From a virus (lineage: Duplodnaviria > Caudoviricetes): 64,000 bases of DNA. The translations under genes and the position numbers were made by a program. Below, piece after piece: positions 30,449 to 42,199 of the stretch. Within the stretch, counting starts at the first letter, position 1; each line of letters starts with the position of its first letter. The stretch is from positions 170,671 through 234,670 of IMG/VR virus record IMGVR_UViG_2974671799_000001. The stretch is one strand, 5' to 3'. Below the pieces are notes generated by a model. The model was not told where the DNA came from and made no database searches. It saw only the letters and a list, made by a program, of their open reading frames with translations.

Positions 30449-33149
30449 TCACAAAACCATTTTTTATTCTCTTTACACTACCAAACTTTGTTTCTACATC
30501 AAGTTCTAATGTATATGAACCTTTATATATTAACATATTTCTATATACTAAAGAACTCTGTGTATCTAAAATTTCACCTGTTAGAGCGTCTTTTAAAGTC
30601 CAAAGGTAATCAGCACCATCAATTAACGTTTTAGTGTCTATAAACGCATAAAATGGAACACCTAGACTAACTATATCACCAGTAGGTGCTTCTTTTAATC
30701 TAGAACCCTCAACACCTCTAGGAGAATCTTTAACATATCCGAATGATTCATGTTTTATATTTATTTCCTCTAATGATGATACAATTAAATGATTACCAAG
30801 GTCAAAAACACTAACTCTAATACCTAAATTTTCATATTGTGTTTCTAATTCCGTTTTTAAATCTGATGTATTTGTCACATCAAAATTACTTACCACAGAA
30901 CCGTTTATGTATAAATCATTCGCGCCTTTTGTCAAGTCAGGATAAATATTAACATAAGAACTAAATGGCATAACAGTATAAATGTCTTCCTTATGTTCTA
31001 GTGTTGTGTTATAATCAGAAGCATTTGTTTCTAAAATGAAATGATTGATACCAAACCCAACATTTTTTCCAGTTAACCTCAACATCAATTTAGAACTTAA
31101 AATATCTGTCTCAGAATATGATTGAATTGTCGCGGTAAAGTTATCCAATAATCCTGATGATTCATTTATAGCACTAACAACATCATTATAAAACTTATAA
31201 TCTTCATCATAAATAGCTGAATCATAATGTACTGTTACTTCAATCCAATCATGATGCTCAAACTCTTTTATTAAAATAGTTCTATCACCAGTTGTTCCAT
31301 CACCTATTAAATCAACCATAAATCTAGCATACTCATAACCATAATCCGTTAACCTAGTGTGTATTAAATCACTGATTTTCAATGAGTTGTATTGAAAAGA
31401 ATTTAATTGAAGTGTTCTTTTATCATAATCTTTTGCATTATAACGGAATATAAGGTTTGAATTTGTACTTTCTTGCCAAGTATTTATATCATAGGTATCA
31501 TCAAAAATATCTATTTGGATAGTTCTATTATCATCCTTATAAGTTTCAAAAGTACTCCAAAAGTCTAATCCTTTTAAATCACTTGTTTCACTTCTATCTA
31601 ATTTTGCTAATTTGAAATCTATATTTCCTAAAACTATTTCAAATTCCTGATTATTTGGGTTCATTAATGTTACACCACCGTAATAATCAAATAGATAAAC
31701 CATTATTTTAAACTTTCCAAGTTCTGCAATTCCGAATTTAATAGAATTATCAACAAGTTCATCAATTTCGTATAATGATGATGTATAAACACTAACATCA
31801 TCTTTTATTATTTCAAATTTGAACCTAGAATATTTTGAAGTATCAGCGTCTATGTTTATTTCAACTAATCCAAAGTCGTTTCTAAGATACTTTTCTAAAT
31901 AATCTAAATCATCTAAATGAAAGTTAACATCATCAAGTTCATCAACTTCATAGTTAAGAACTTTATCAATCTCAAAATATTTATAATCGAATTTAGTATC
32001 TGTAACACCCGCTTGATACTCACCTGTATAATTTGAGTCATTCGGATTTATTACCTTTAATAGAGGAACTTTTCTCAATACTTCATGTTCTGAAATTTCA
32101 ATAACGCTTTGTGATAGGTTGAAATCGAAACCACCATCTGAATGTTCATTTATATTAACATCAAAAAATGTTTGTACATTATCCCATATCCTAGCATCAA
32201 TACCAACTGTTCCTTTTTGTTCACCAATAATATCAACTATTTTTGTATTTAATGGTAAAAAGTCGCGTTCTAAAACACGTCTAAGAGCGTACATTTTTAT
32301 TAAAATTTCCTCGGTGTTTAATAAAACATTTACATAATTAGGTAAACCATCAGAATCAAAAGTTCCATCCCAATCATTTATTTTATAAACTAGTTGCATT
32401 TGGTTTGTTTTACGAAAACCAGTAAGGCGTTTATCAATACTATCTAAAACCATTTTATCAACATCTGTTGTTGTGTATCTCTCACCATTTTTCCATATCT
32501 CTCGAATTGTTAAAAGGTCACCATACCCAAAATAATCTAAAGCATTTAATAAAGCATCATAAGAGCCAATACCCGCAGTTAATTCAAAATATCTCAAAAG
32601 GTATTCTTTACGCTTTTCATTCATTAATTTTTGGTCTATGTCTGATGTTTTATAGTCAGTATCACTAAATGCTTGATAATAATCATCATTAATATCAATT
32701 TTTCTATTTTGTGTATGAACAATCAACTTAGAATCTATACCTATTATATTTACTGATACTTTGAATGTATAAGATAATGGAACACCATCTATTTCATATG
32801 AAACATTCATATCAGTTTCGAAAGAACCTTCTTTATCACTAAAAACTAATAAGTTCCATTTACGAATTTGATAACCATTATTATCAGGTAATCTAAGTTC
32901 TGTATCTGTTGCTGATGTTGTCTCTATAAAATTATCAGTTAAACCATCACGATATGCGATACTAAATTCTCTACTTGATACGGTAACGTTAAAGTTAGAT
33001 ATAGTTTTTGATGTATCGAATAATGACACAAACGTTTTATTATTAACGATGTTTATTGATGTGTTATCTAATGTTATAGAATCAACCTGCTGTTTAGTAC
33101 TTGAATCTACATAAACACTAGCTTTTTTGTTTTTTAAACTTAAAATCAT
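30438..33149 (-). CDS. Large putative baseplate/structural protein (903 aa)
   Basis: First gene of the minus-strand block; GSYDALLNALDYFGY resembles wedge/tail protein I-type motifs. Confidence 0.55.
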   Translation of the reverse strand: MILSLKNKKASVYVDSSTKQQVDSITLDNTSINIVNNKTFVSLFDTSKTISNFNVTVSSREFSIAYRDGLTDNFIETTSATDTELRLPDNNGYQIRKWNLLVFSDKEGSFETDMNVSYEIDGVPLSYTFKVSVNIIGIDSKLIVHTQNRKIDINDDYYQAFSDTDYKTSDIDQKLMNEKRKEYLLRYFELTAGIGSYDALLNALDYFGYGDLLTIREIWKNGERYTTTDVDKMVLDSIDKRLTGFRKTNQMQLVYKINDWDGTFDSDGLPNYVNVLLNTEEILIKMYALRRVLERDFLPLNTKIVDIIGEQKGTVGIDARIWDNVQTFFDVNINEHSDGGFDFNLSQSVIEISEHEVLRKVPLLKVINPNDSNYTGEYQAGVTDTKFDYKYFEIDKVLNYEVDELDDVNFHLDDLDYLEKYLRNDFGLVEINIDADTSKYSRFKFEIIKDDVSVYTSSLYEIDELVDNSIKFGIAELGKFKIMVYLFDYYGGVTLMNPNNQEFEIVLGNIDFKLAKLDRSETSDLKGLDFWSTFETYKDDNRTIQIDIFDDTYDINTWQESTNSNLIFRYNAKDYDKRTLQLNSFQYNSLKISDLIHTRLTDYGYEYARFMVDLIGDGTTGDRTILIKEFEHHDWIEVTVHYDSAIYDEDYKFYNDVVSAINESSGLLDNFTATIQSYSETDILSSKLMLRLTGKNVGFGINHFILETNASDYNTTLEHKEDIYTVMPFSSYVNIYPDLTKGANDLYINGSVVSNFDVTNTSDLKTELETQYENLGIRVSVFDLGNHLIVSSLEEINIKHESFGYVKDSPRGVEGSRLKEAPTGDIVSLGVPFYAFIDTKTLIDGADYLWTLKDALTGEILDTQSSLVYRNMLIYKGSYTLELDVETKFGSVKRIKNGFVIVD

Positions 33150-33230
33150 TGTAATATATTTTTCTTATTTTATTTATTGTTTGGAATTGATATTTAATTT
33201 ACATATATTTGTTCCCTAAATTAAATTTAT

Positions 33231-35116
33231 ATGAATACAGATATTAATAAACCTCTAAAGGATAATGATGAAAGTGGTATATCATTTCATTCATCTTATG
33301 TGCCTTTGGAAAGACCCGACTTAGGGGAATGGATGGAAAAGCACCATGTAAGCGGACAAATTATGTCTATTCCTAGTGCTTTGACTAAAGCAATAGAATA
33401 TGAACAATTAAAAACAGAACTTTATGAAAGAGCTTAATAATGTTCTTAAAAAAGAACAACATGACACGTTTGAAGCGTTCGCTAAATCTGAAATGACATT
33501 ATGGAACTACTTAGGTGATAAAGTAGGTAAAAATGACGTTTTTATACATCAAATCTATGACAATAATACAATTAAGTCAAGAATTTATGATAAATTTTAC
33601 CCACTAATTACAGGTCTTGGTGTTCAATTCAAATCTATAGACCTTCTACAATTTGTTAAAATACCTAAACTTATCGAAAAAGGTATGGATTTTATGACAA
33701 CAAATCAACAAATCAATGTCATTTATTTATTAAATGATGTTAAGATTAATGGTGTATTAACACCATCAGGTACAACTATTATTCAAAAAGATGGTGAGGA
33801 CGAAAATAATATTAATATACAATCTGATGGTAGTGAGTCGGTTAACTTTATTTGGTTAGTATTAGGAAAAATTAACAGTTAAAAAATTGGTAAATGAAAA
33901 AATTAAAACTATTTTTGAAAAACATTATCGTTGAAGCGATAGAAAAAGCAATTCCTAAAAAGGATATTTTAGAAACATTAATTGAGAATGTTGTTGCTGA
34001 AACAAATATTAAATTTGATGGTATTAAAGAACCTGTAAATTTTTATATTATAGATTCAAGGTGTATGTCTAGAAATAAATTTCATGATAGAATGTCTTAT
34101 TTCCAACATAAAAAATCAATTGGTGAATGGTATGAGCTTTGCTCTTCAACTATTTTTACTAGTAATGGTGAAATATGTGTGTTCTCATATGCCGAAGTAG
34201 ATTCTGAAAAAGAAAACACAAGCATATAAACCAAAAAATAAAAAATCACACTCTTCGGAGTGTGTACATTAAATAAGAATATTAACAATTAAATAAAAAT
34301 AGATTATGTCATTATACGATGCTAACGCAACTAGAAAAACCTTATTAGAATCTTTAACAAAAGATAAAAGAGAAATGATTTCAAAGAGAAATGAATATTT
34401 AATTTCTTTCGGAAGATATTTAATTACTTACTTAGGTGGTCATGACTCAGATGGTAATATAAAACTAATAGGTGACCCAAATCAACCTACAATAGTTTTT
34501 AAAATAAATGGTGTTAGAAAAATATTTTCAATTTTCGTAAAAAACTTCTATGTTTACCTTTCTGATAACTTCGGAAGAGAAGGTAACATACTACACAAAT
34601 ATAACCTCAACGATTTTAACAGAGATTGTAATGATTCAGCACATTGTGAAATGATGATTGAACCATTATCAACATTATCACTAGAATCTAAAATTATCAA
34701 TACAATTTCTGTAGAAGGATTCCCAAATGGTTTAGAATTAGCAAAATTAGATAAGTTCGGAAACGCTTATTGGTCTGAAACAAACCCAAAACTTTATTTC
34801 AACACAGATGATTTGAAGTCTGATATTGATAAAGTAGAGAAATTAGGTTATAGCGTAAATCATAATAAAATCTACATTTAATATGATTTAAAGATTTTAG
34901 TTAAAATTATAAACCTAAACAAGATGCATTATGGCTAATTTAAAAAGAAAACAACTAAAATTAGTGAAACTTGGTATGTGGTGGCATATCATGGAAAGGA
35001 GAAAAGTGCCTGTTTTTAAATTCTTTTACAGATATCAATGGTTCACTATATTCCCATATTACTATAATAAAGAAGAAGCAAAAGAAGCGTTTAACAAAAT
35101 TAAAACAACAATATAA
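33231..35116 (+). CDS. Hypothetical proteins (33231-33437, 33424-33882, 33894-34229, 34306-34881, 34931-35116)
   Basis: Co-oriented ORFs after a divergent TATATTTG promoter. Confidence 0.75.
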
Positions 35117-35204
35117 TGAATACGCAAAAATTAAAAAATTACGAAATCACATACAAAGAGCTTGATAAATTTATTTTCATATATTTGTAAAAATTAAAAC
35201 ATAA

Positions 35205-37223
35205 ATGAGTAAAAATTATACTGATAAGGTTAAAACCCTTACTGAATTAGAACGTATAAAAATACGTCCACAGATTTATATAGGGTCAACAGTTCCCGTA
35301 GAAAGACAAACACACGTTTTAAATGATAGTGATAATACATTCGAACCTAAAACGCTCGAATATACACCCGCTATTCTTAAACTATGTGATGAGGTTCTTA
35401 CAAATTCTATAGATGAGCGAATTAGGAATGTTCAAGAGTTTGAAAAAACACCAAAATCAAAACAGAAAAATGTTAATGTAATTGACCATATTATTGTAGA
35501 TGCTACAGAAGATGGGAAAGTAACTGTTACAGATAATGGTGGTATTCCAGTTGAGTTTCACCCTGTAAATAAATGCTACACACCACAAATGATATTTGGT
35601 GAAATTGGTACAGGAACAAACTATGACGATACTGCTGATAGAAATGTTGCAGGACTTAATGGTTTAGGTTCTAAGTTAGCAAACATTTTCTCTAAAGAAT
35701 TTTATATAAAAACTTGTGATGGTGTTTCTCAATATGAGCAAACTTGGCGAAATGGTTTAATCGATATAGAATCACCAACTATTACAACTAGAGCTAAAAA
35801 GGCTTACAAAAAACAAGCTATTGCGTTTATTGGGTCTAAGTATGAAAAGAAGATTCCAGTAAAAGTTGTTAATGGTGATATTGGTAAAAGAGGTACTACA
35901 GTTTCATTTAAAATTGATATGTCATACTTCGATGGTGAAACCCTTAGTTATGGTGTTTTAAAATTACTGGAAAGAAAATGCATCCTTGGTGCGGCGACAA
36001 ATATCGGTCTAAAAGTAACATTCAATGGTAAAGATTATAAATTCGATTCTTTTAATGAATATGTTGAAATGTATGGTCACGAAACAGTTTTCTACGGAAA
36101 GAGTAAAAATTGGGAATATGCTATTGGTGTAGTTCCAATGAATCAAGGTAATTACAATTATAGTATTGTTAACTCTGCCGAATGTTCTAGTGGTGAACAC
36201 GTATCGCACGCTAATCATATTTTAAGAAATCACTTGAAAGCATTCATGGCTAAGAATCATAAAATGGATTTTACAAATGATAACATTTCGTCACAATATG
36301 TACTTTATTTGAATGTTGTTGTTAATAAACCAACATACGAAACCCAAACAAAGGAAAAATTAATAACTCCTAGAAACAATTTTGATGGTAAGAATGGTGG
36401 TAAACCTTCTATTTCATCATCTGTATTAAAGGATATTGAGAAAAGTGATATTATCAAAAACCTAATCCAACTACACAAAGAAAAAACATCTAGTGAAGAC
36501 AGTAAAGCAATCAAGAAACAGGATGCTTTGAATAAAAAGAAGTCTGTTCGCTCAATTGAAAAGTTGGTAGATGCTACAAGTGTAACAGGTCGTAGTAAAT
36601 GTGCTTTATGGATATTCGAGGGATTATCGGCAGGTAACTCATTTATTTCTGCTAGGAACTCAAAAATACACGGGTCTTATACACTAACTGGTAAAATAAA
36701 AAATCTTTATGGTCTTCCCAAGTCAGCTATAGCAAGTAATGCTGTATTAAATGATATTGCAATGGCTTTAGGTATCACATATGGTAAAAAGATTGATGTT
36801 AGTAAGCTGAGATATGGAAAAATAGTTATTGCTGTTGATGCCGATGTTGATGGTATTTCTATTTGTGCGCAATTAATAACATTCTTTATGATTGTAGCAC
36901 CCGAAATTGTTGAAGCAGGTATGTTATATATCGTTAATTCACCTTTATATAAGCTGTATAACGGTAAAACTGAAAAGTACTTATATTCACAAGAAGATTT
37001 CGACAAAGCTTCTAAAAGAGGATTTAAAGTTGAATACTTCAAAGGTTTAGGGTCATTAGGAGCTAAAGAATATAGACAAATGGTTGAAAATCCTAAATTA
37101 ATTCAATTGGTTGCTGATGATGAAGCAATGGATTCTATTAAGTTATGGATGGCTAAACAAACGAAAGATTATAACGCGCCAATGTATAGGAAGCAGGCAA
37201 TGGATGTAATTTTAAACAAATAA
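35205..37223 (+). CDS. Type IIA DNA topoisomerase, ATPase+TOPRIM subunit (T4 gp39/60-like)
   Basis: RPQIYIGS, DEVLTNSID, DNGGIP, GLNGLGSK, EGLSA, DADVDG, YFKGLG. Confidence 0.95.
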   Translation: MSKNYTDKVKTLTELERIKIRPQIYIGSTVPVERQTHVLNDSDNTFEPKTLEYTPAILKLCDEVLTNSIDERIRNVQEFEKTPKSKQKNVNVIDHIIVDATEDGKVTVTDNGGIPVEFHPVNKCYTPQMIFGEIGTGTNYDDTADRNVAGLNGLGSKLANIFSKEFYIKTCDGVSQYEQTWRNGLIDIESPTITTRAKKAYKKQAIAFIGSKYEKKIPVKVVNGDIGKRGTTVSFKIDMSYFDGETLSYGVLKLLERKCILGAATNIGLKVTFNGKDYKFDSFNEYVEMYGHETVFYGKSKNWEYAIGVVPMNQGNYNYSIVNSAECSSGEHVSHANHILRNHLKAFMAKNHKMDFTNDNISSQYVLYLNVVVNKPTYETQTKEKLITPRNNFDGKNGGKPSISSSVLKDIEKSDIIKNLIQLHKEKTSSEDSKAIKKQDALNKKKSVRSIEKLVDATSVTGRSKCALWIFEGLSAGNSFISARNSKIHGSYTLTGKIKNLYGLPKSAIASNAVLNDIAMALGITYGKKIDVSKLRYGKIVIAVDADVDGISICAQLITFFMIVAPEIVEAGMLYIVNSPLYKLYNGKTEKYLYSQEDFDKASKRGFKVEYFKGLGSLGAKEYRQMVENPKLIQLVADDEAMDSIKLWMAKQTKDYNAPMYRKQAMDVILNK

Positions 37224-37238
37224 AAACCAAAATAAATT

Positions 37239-38561
37239 ATGAGATTAATAAGGAAAGCAAACGTGTCTATCAAAGTTGATGATAGACACTTAGAATTAGA
37301 TATTAAACAATTTTCAAAATACCTTGTAAATGGTATTTTGGCAGAAATGCTAGGTTTGGTTAAATATGGCACTTACATTATTAAACCTATTGGTAAAACA
37401 ACCATTTCATTAACATCAATGAATAAAGAGATTACAGAAGATGTAATTGATTATGTTATTGAATGGGAATCTGTAGAGGAATTACAAAATAAACTTGTTA
37501 AATTATCTTCTATTTTCTTAAAAGATATAAAATCATCTGATATTAAGTCAAGATATGAATCTGCATTTTTCGATGGTAAAGGTATATGTTTTGGAATAAG
37601 GGAAACTCCCGAAGGTGTAGCACCATACCAAGTACCATTATATCACCATGTTTATGACGGTATTAATATACCCGATGTAGTTCAAGAAAGTGTTCTTGGG
37701 TTATTAAATGATAAATTCATGTTCCAGTTTTATGTTGTCTCAAATGGTAAAAGGTTAGAGATAGAAGAGTTTGAATCTGATTTGGCAGAAGGTTTTAAGA
37801 AAATGTTAAACGATTATTTAACACGAGTTTATGAAATTTATTCAGGAAATGTTGATATTTGTATATTGTGTGGTAATAATGAATATTCATTTATTGATAT
37901 GCACTCGACTTTAAGACAGGGTAAAGAATTAAAAAGTTTAGGTATTAGTTTCATTGAATCAATACAAAAAACATTCATAAACGAACTTATTACTAAAAAC
38001 TTATTTTATTGCACCGAAAATGATGAATAATTATACGGTCAAGAGCAGATATTTTAAAAATATCTGCTTTTTTCATTTGTATATTTAAAATATTTCATTA
38101 CATTTACATTCTAAAAATTAAACATTATGAATATAAATATTATTAGAGAATACCTTTTATCAGGGTCAGTTTTCGCAAACGATACAAATAATGGTAAACT
38201 TTTTTATAAAGATGGTAAATTAAACTTTGAGTTCAAAAGTGGTAATACTGATATAACTATAATGAACTACCAAATACCTGAGCATTTAAAATTGGTTCTT
38301 ATGCGTATTAGTGATTTGAAAAACTCACCAATGGCTTTAGCAGAAATACATAGCATTTATTCTAAGGCTGTGCCGATTTTAGAAAATATAAGTCATGAAA
38401 CTTTAGCAGATTCTTTGGAAAATGTTGTTAAAGATGGAACTGTATTTGAATTACCATACAATGTTGTAAAACGTCTTATTTCAATGGGTTATGATGTATA
38501 TAATCTTATTGATAGTGGTGATGCTTTAGAACTTAATGTTAAAAACACAACAAATGAATAG
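37239..38561 (+). CDS. Two hypothetical proteins (37239-38030, 38127-38561)
   Basis: ORFs without a recognised motif. Confidence 0.75.
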
Positions 38562-39573
38562 TTTATTCCCAGTTACACATATTACACCATCAGATGAGCC
38601 ACATATATATGCAATGGTTGGTTTACCTGCAACTGGTAAAAGTACTTACGCAAGACAATTGCGTTTAAAGTTGGAAAAGGAAGGTAAAAATGCGGTAATT
38701 GTTTCACGCGATGCATTAAGAAAACAATTATATGGTTATGATGATTCGAACCTATCACTTTATTATTTGAATGATTCACAAGAAATGTTCAAGAGAATGA
38801 AAAGGATTTCTGAATTTGAAGATAATATGATTTATGATGCATTATCTAGAGGTTATAAAGTTATTTTAGACTCTTCACACCTTGAATATAAGAACATTAA
38901 GAAATTAAAGTACTGGAATGTTCCTGTTGAATTGGTTATCATTGAGGTTGATAAAAAGAACTTCAAAACTATTAAAGGTTTGGATGATAATCGTGAAAAG
39001 GGTATTGGTGAAGATAAGTTGAAAAGACTTTTTGACCGCTATAATTTCACTAGACAGAAGTTAAAAGATGAGCCTTTCGATTTCACACCTATTGAAAAAC
39101 CATCATATGATGTGATGAAAGATAATTGTATAATATTCGATTTAGATGGAACTTTAGCACACAATAATTGTGGAAGACGTTTTAATGACATGACTAGAAC
39201 TGGCGAAGATTCATACCACAATGATATTTGTAGTATATTAGAGCTTATTTCTAGAGGTCGTAATGATAATACATATAAAACTATGTTAAATCGTCAGAAA
39301 AACCCTAGAATAATATTTTGTAGTGGTCGTTCTGAGCAAGCTAAAGAAGATACATTAAACTGGATTTCTAAGATTTATAACGTACATACATCAGACCTAT
39401 ATATGCGAGAAGATGGTGACAAAAGAGAAGATTGGAAAGTTAAGCAGGAAATGTGGGCTAAATTAGAAGAGAATTACAACATTATTGCAATGTTTGATGA
39501 TAGAAGTCAAGTCGTTAGAAGGGCTAGAGCTTTGGGTTATAGAGTATTACAAGTATCACAAAACAATTTTTAA
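38554..39573 (+). CDS. pseT: Polynucleotide 5'-kinase/3'-phosphatase (T4 PseT-like)
   Basis: P-loop GLPATGKST with SRD..R; HAD motifs DLDGT, SGR and FDDR. Confidence 0.92.
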   Translation: MNSLFPVTHITPSDEPHIYAMVGLPATGKSTYARQLRLKLEKEGKNAVIVSRDALRKQLYGYDDSNLSLYYLNDSQEMFKRMKRISEFEDNMIYDALSRGYKVILDSSHLEYKNIKKLKYWNVPVELVIIEVDKKNFKTIKGLDDNREKGIGEDKLKRLFDRYNFTRQKLKDEPFDFTPIEKPSYDVMKDNCIIFDLDGTLAHNNCGRRFNDMTRTGEDSYHNDICSILELISRGRNDNTYKTMLNRQKNPRIIFCSGRSEQAKEDTLNWISKIYNVHTSDLYMREDGDKREDWKVKQEMWAKLEENYNIIAMFDDRSQVVRRARALGYRVLQVSQNNF

Positions 39574-39576
39574 ATT

Positions 39577-40194
39577 ATGAAAATTGAAGAAAAGGTAATT
39601 TGTAGCGCAATTTGGTGTAAAGAACTACCATTAAAAAATGAGGAAATAACTAAGAATAAAAACATGATACCAAATAATGTTGATAGAGGTATTGTAATTT
39701 CGGGTTGGAGACATCAAAACTGTATAGTACAAATAGTAGCTATAACAGGTCTTAGGATGGCTGAAATAGGTGAATATGAATCAGGATTCTTAACAAATCA
39801 TAATAGATATGTTGGTAGGGAAGAAGGTGCTGAAATAGCACTAAGAACTAAACAAATAGAAAAACTAAATTTTCATTCAAAGCGTCTTTTTAGTGAAGAC
39901 CTTTATTAAAACTTAAAAACTTAAAACATGAATTTCAAAAAATTAGATTTAGGATTATTTTCAGGGTGTATATCACCATATTTAGGTAAACCTATAAAAC
40001 AAGCTATTTCAATTGATTATATTGATGGTAGTTTTTGGTTAACATATATTGAGGATGATTATGAAATACAACACAGTACAACTATTGATATTTTAAATAC
40101 CGAATGTGATTCATTAACATTCTCTAATAGTAGGTTACTAGGTTCATACACATATCAAGGCGTTGTTTATGCAGTATTTGAACGGATTTATTAA
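39577..40194 (+). CDS. Two hypothetical proteins (39577-39909, 39928-40194)
   Basis: The first has a GFLTN..RYVGREE...LFSEDLY motif that I recall from other phage hypothetical proteins. Confidence 0.75.
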
Positions 40195-40222
40195 TTAGAT
40201 TCAACCCTATGTGATGTAGGGT

Positions 40223-40546
40223 TTATTTATTAAAGAAAGGGTTATTGGAAAGTGCTTCAATAACCCTTACTGCATTTTCACACTCTTGTTTAAATGACAT
40301 AGCCATTTCATCAGTCATACTAAACCATTCACCTCTTTTACCATATTGATTAAATTTATTATGTAACATCTTTTCAACCTTCAAGTAATGTTTTGTTCTG
40401 AAAGTATCTACAATGATTATTTCATCACTATTACCTGTCTGCATTGATTTAACACGTTTTTCAACAGTAGATGTTGTGAATCCTATTTTGAAAGCTCGTT
40501 CAAAATTTCTATACTCTTCAAGTAAATAAATATATCCTATTTTCAT
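40223..40546 (-). CDS. T5orf172/GIY-YIG-like nuclease-domain protein
   Basis: GYIYLL, FKIGFT, KR...MQTGN, EKMLH, GEWF. Confidence 0.85.
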   Translation of the reverse strand: MKIGYIYLLEEYRNFERAFKIGFTTSTVEKRVKSMQTGNSDEIIIVDTFRTKHYLKVEKMLHNKFNQYGKRGEWFSMTDEMAMSFKQECENAVRVIEALSNNPFFNK

Positions 40547-40646
40547 TATAAATTGTTTTGTTATATTAATATAACAATTGAATTTTAAAAGTTGGATTTT
40601 ATTATATTTTTTATACCAAAAAATGAGCCTAAAAATGACCATTACA

Positions 40647-40803
40647 AATGTTAATTTAATGTTAAGAAAATAGCGAAATTCTCGTGAATGTTAAGTTAAT
40701 GTTAGCAAGTTAAAAATTTTAACATTTTTAACACTTTTCATAATTATTTGATTATTAAATATTTAAGTCGTTTAATGTAAATTTAATGTTAAGAGAATGT
40801 AAA
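40647..40803. repeat. Iterated AATGTTAA motifs with 11-bp phasing
   Basis: Copies at 40647/40658, 40687/40698 and 40774/40785/40796; inverted TTAACA at 40719 and 40728. Confidence 0.75.
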
Positions 40804-40845
40804 CTTAGTGTAATTTTTTCGTGGTTTGTACTGGTAAACGATACA

Positions 40846-40995
40846 ACATATGCAAACTTTATTGTAGTGACAATATTTTAACAAATTCTTTGGAAGATTC
40901 TCAGTAAAACGCATTTTTCGTTGAAAGAAAATCAGTGAAAATGTACCTAGGTGCATTTTCCTTTATATATTATAAATACAAATAACATAAATAAA
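40846..40995. repeat. 150-bp dispersed non-coding direct repeat, copy 2
   Basis: About 92% identical to 11347-11496 by hand alignment. Confidence 0.95.
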
Positions 40996-41071
40996 CTTAA
41001 AAATGACTGTTTAAAAAATGTTTGGTTTATGTGTTAAAAATAACTATATTTGCTCACTAAAAATTTATAAA

Positions 41072-42130
41072 ATGAAAGTAGATTTAAAATTAAGTGGATT
41101 AGCTCTTTTTCAAACATTACGGAACTATGAAAAACGTGGTTTGGTAATTTCACAAAGACATCCACAAAACAAAGAAATTATTATTTGGAATTATTCTAAA
41201 CAAACTCAATATGATAATCATTGGGATGAAATAACTTTGAATGCACGTAGTTTGGTAACGAATACCAAAGGTGATATTATTGCTCGTGGTTTTCCTAAGT
41301 TTTTCAATTATGAAGAACCTGAGTTCGAATTACCTGATACAAAACTCTATAATATTAAGTATTTCAAAAAGCTAGATGGTTCTCTTATCTTGCTTTTCAA
41401 TTATGAGGGTCGTTGGTATGTTTCATCTAGAGGTTCTTTTGAATCAGACCAATGCAATATGGCTAAATCAATACTTCGTGATAAATACAACGGATATTCT
41501 AATTGGTTGGATAAAGATTTAACATATTGTTTAGAACTTATACACCCATCAAATAGAGTTGTTGTTGATTATGGTGATGAAGAAGATTTGATTATGATAG
41601 GTATTTTGACATCAAATATGCAAAGTGTCGATATGTCAAAACTTACTTGTGGTGATTTCAGATATCAAAAAGAAGAGTTGATACCTTTTGATGATTTCAA
41701 ATTAATACAGCAACAAGATACTGAAAATGAGGAAGGGTATGTTATGCTATTCCCTAATGGATATCGTGGAAAGATTAAGTTTGAGAATTATAAGTACTTG
41801 CATTATTTGTATGGTGAATTTTCACCTTTAGCTATTTGGAAGTGTTTGAAAGAAAAAGATAATGATAGATTGATGTTTATAAAGGATAATACACCCGATG
41901 AGTTCTATGATGAGGTTAAAAAATGTATTTTCAAACTTAAAAAACAATTCTTTCAAATAAAGAACACAATATTAAGCGATTTAAACGACTTTTTACCTGA
42001 CGACTATATAAACGACCATGAATTGTTTAAAAGTCTCGGAAAACGTCTAATAACAGCCTTTAACGATGAATATAAGCTAGATAGGATGATATGGGATGAT
42101 ATAAAACCTAAAAACAATATTTTTTCATAA
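41072..42130 (+). CDS. RNA ligase 1 family (T4 RnlA-like)
   Basis: ARGFPKFFN, motif I KLDGSL, SRGSF, EGYV, KIKF..Y. Confidence 0.92.
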   Translation: MKVDLKLSGLALFQTLRNYEKRGLVISQRHPQNKEIIIWNYSKQTQYDNHWDEITLNARSLVTNTKGDIIARGFPKFFNYEEPEFELPDTKLYNIKYFKKLDGSLILLFNYEGRWYVSSRGSFESDQCNMAKSILRDKYNGYSNWLDKDLTYCLELIHPSNRVVVDYGDEEDLIMIGILTSNMQSVDMSKLTCGDFRYQKEELIPFDDFKLIQQQDTENEEGYVMLFPNGYRGKIKFENYKYLHYLYGEFSPLAIWKCLKEKDNDRLMFIKDNTPDEFYDEVKKCIFKLKKQFFQIKNTILSDLNDFLPDDYINDHELFKSLGKRLITAFNDEYKLDRMIWDDIKPKNNIFS

Positions 42131-42199
42131 TATTTTTAAAAAATTTCTTGTGAGTAATAAAAATTTGATTTATCTTTGTCATAAGAAATTAATAAAAAC

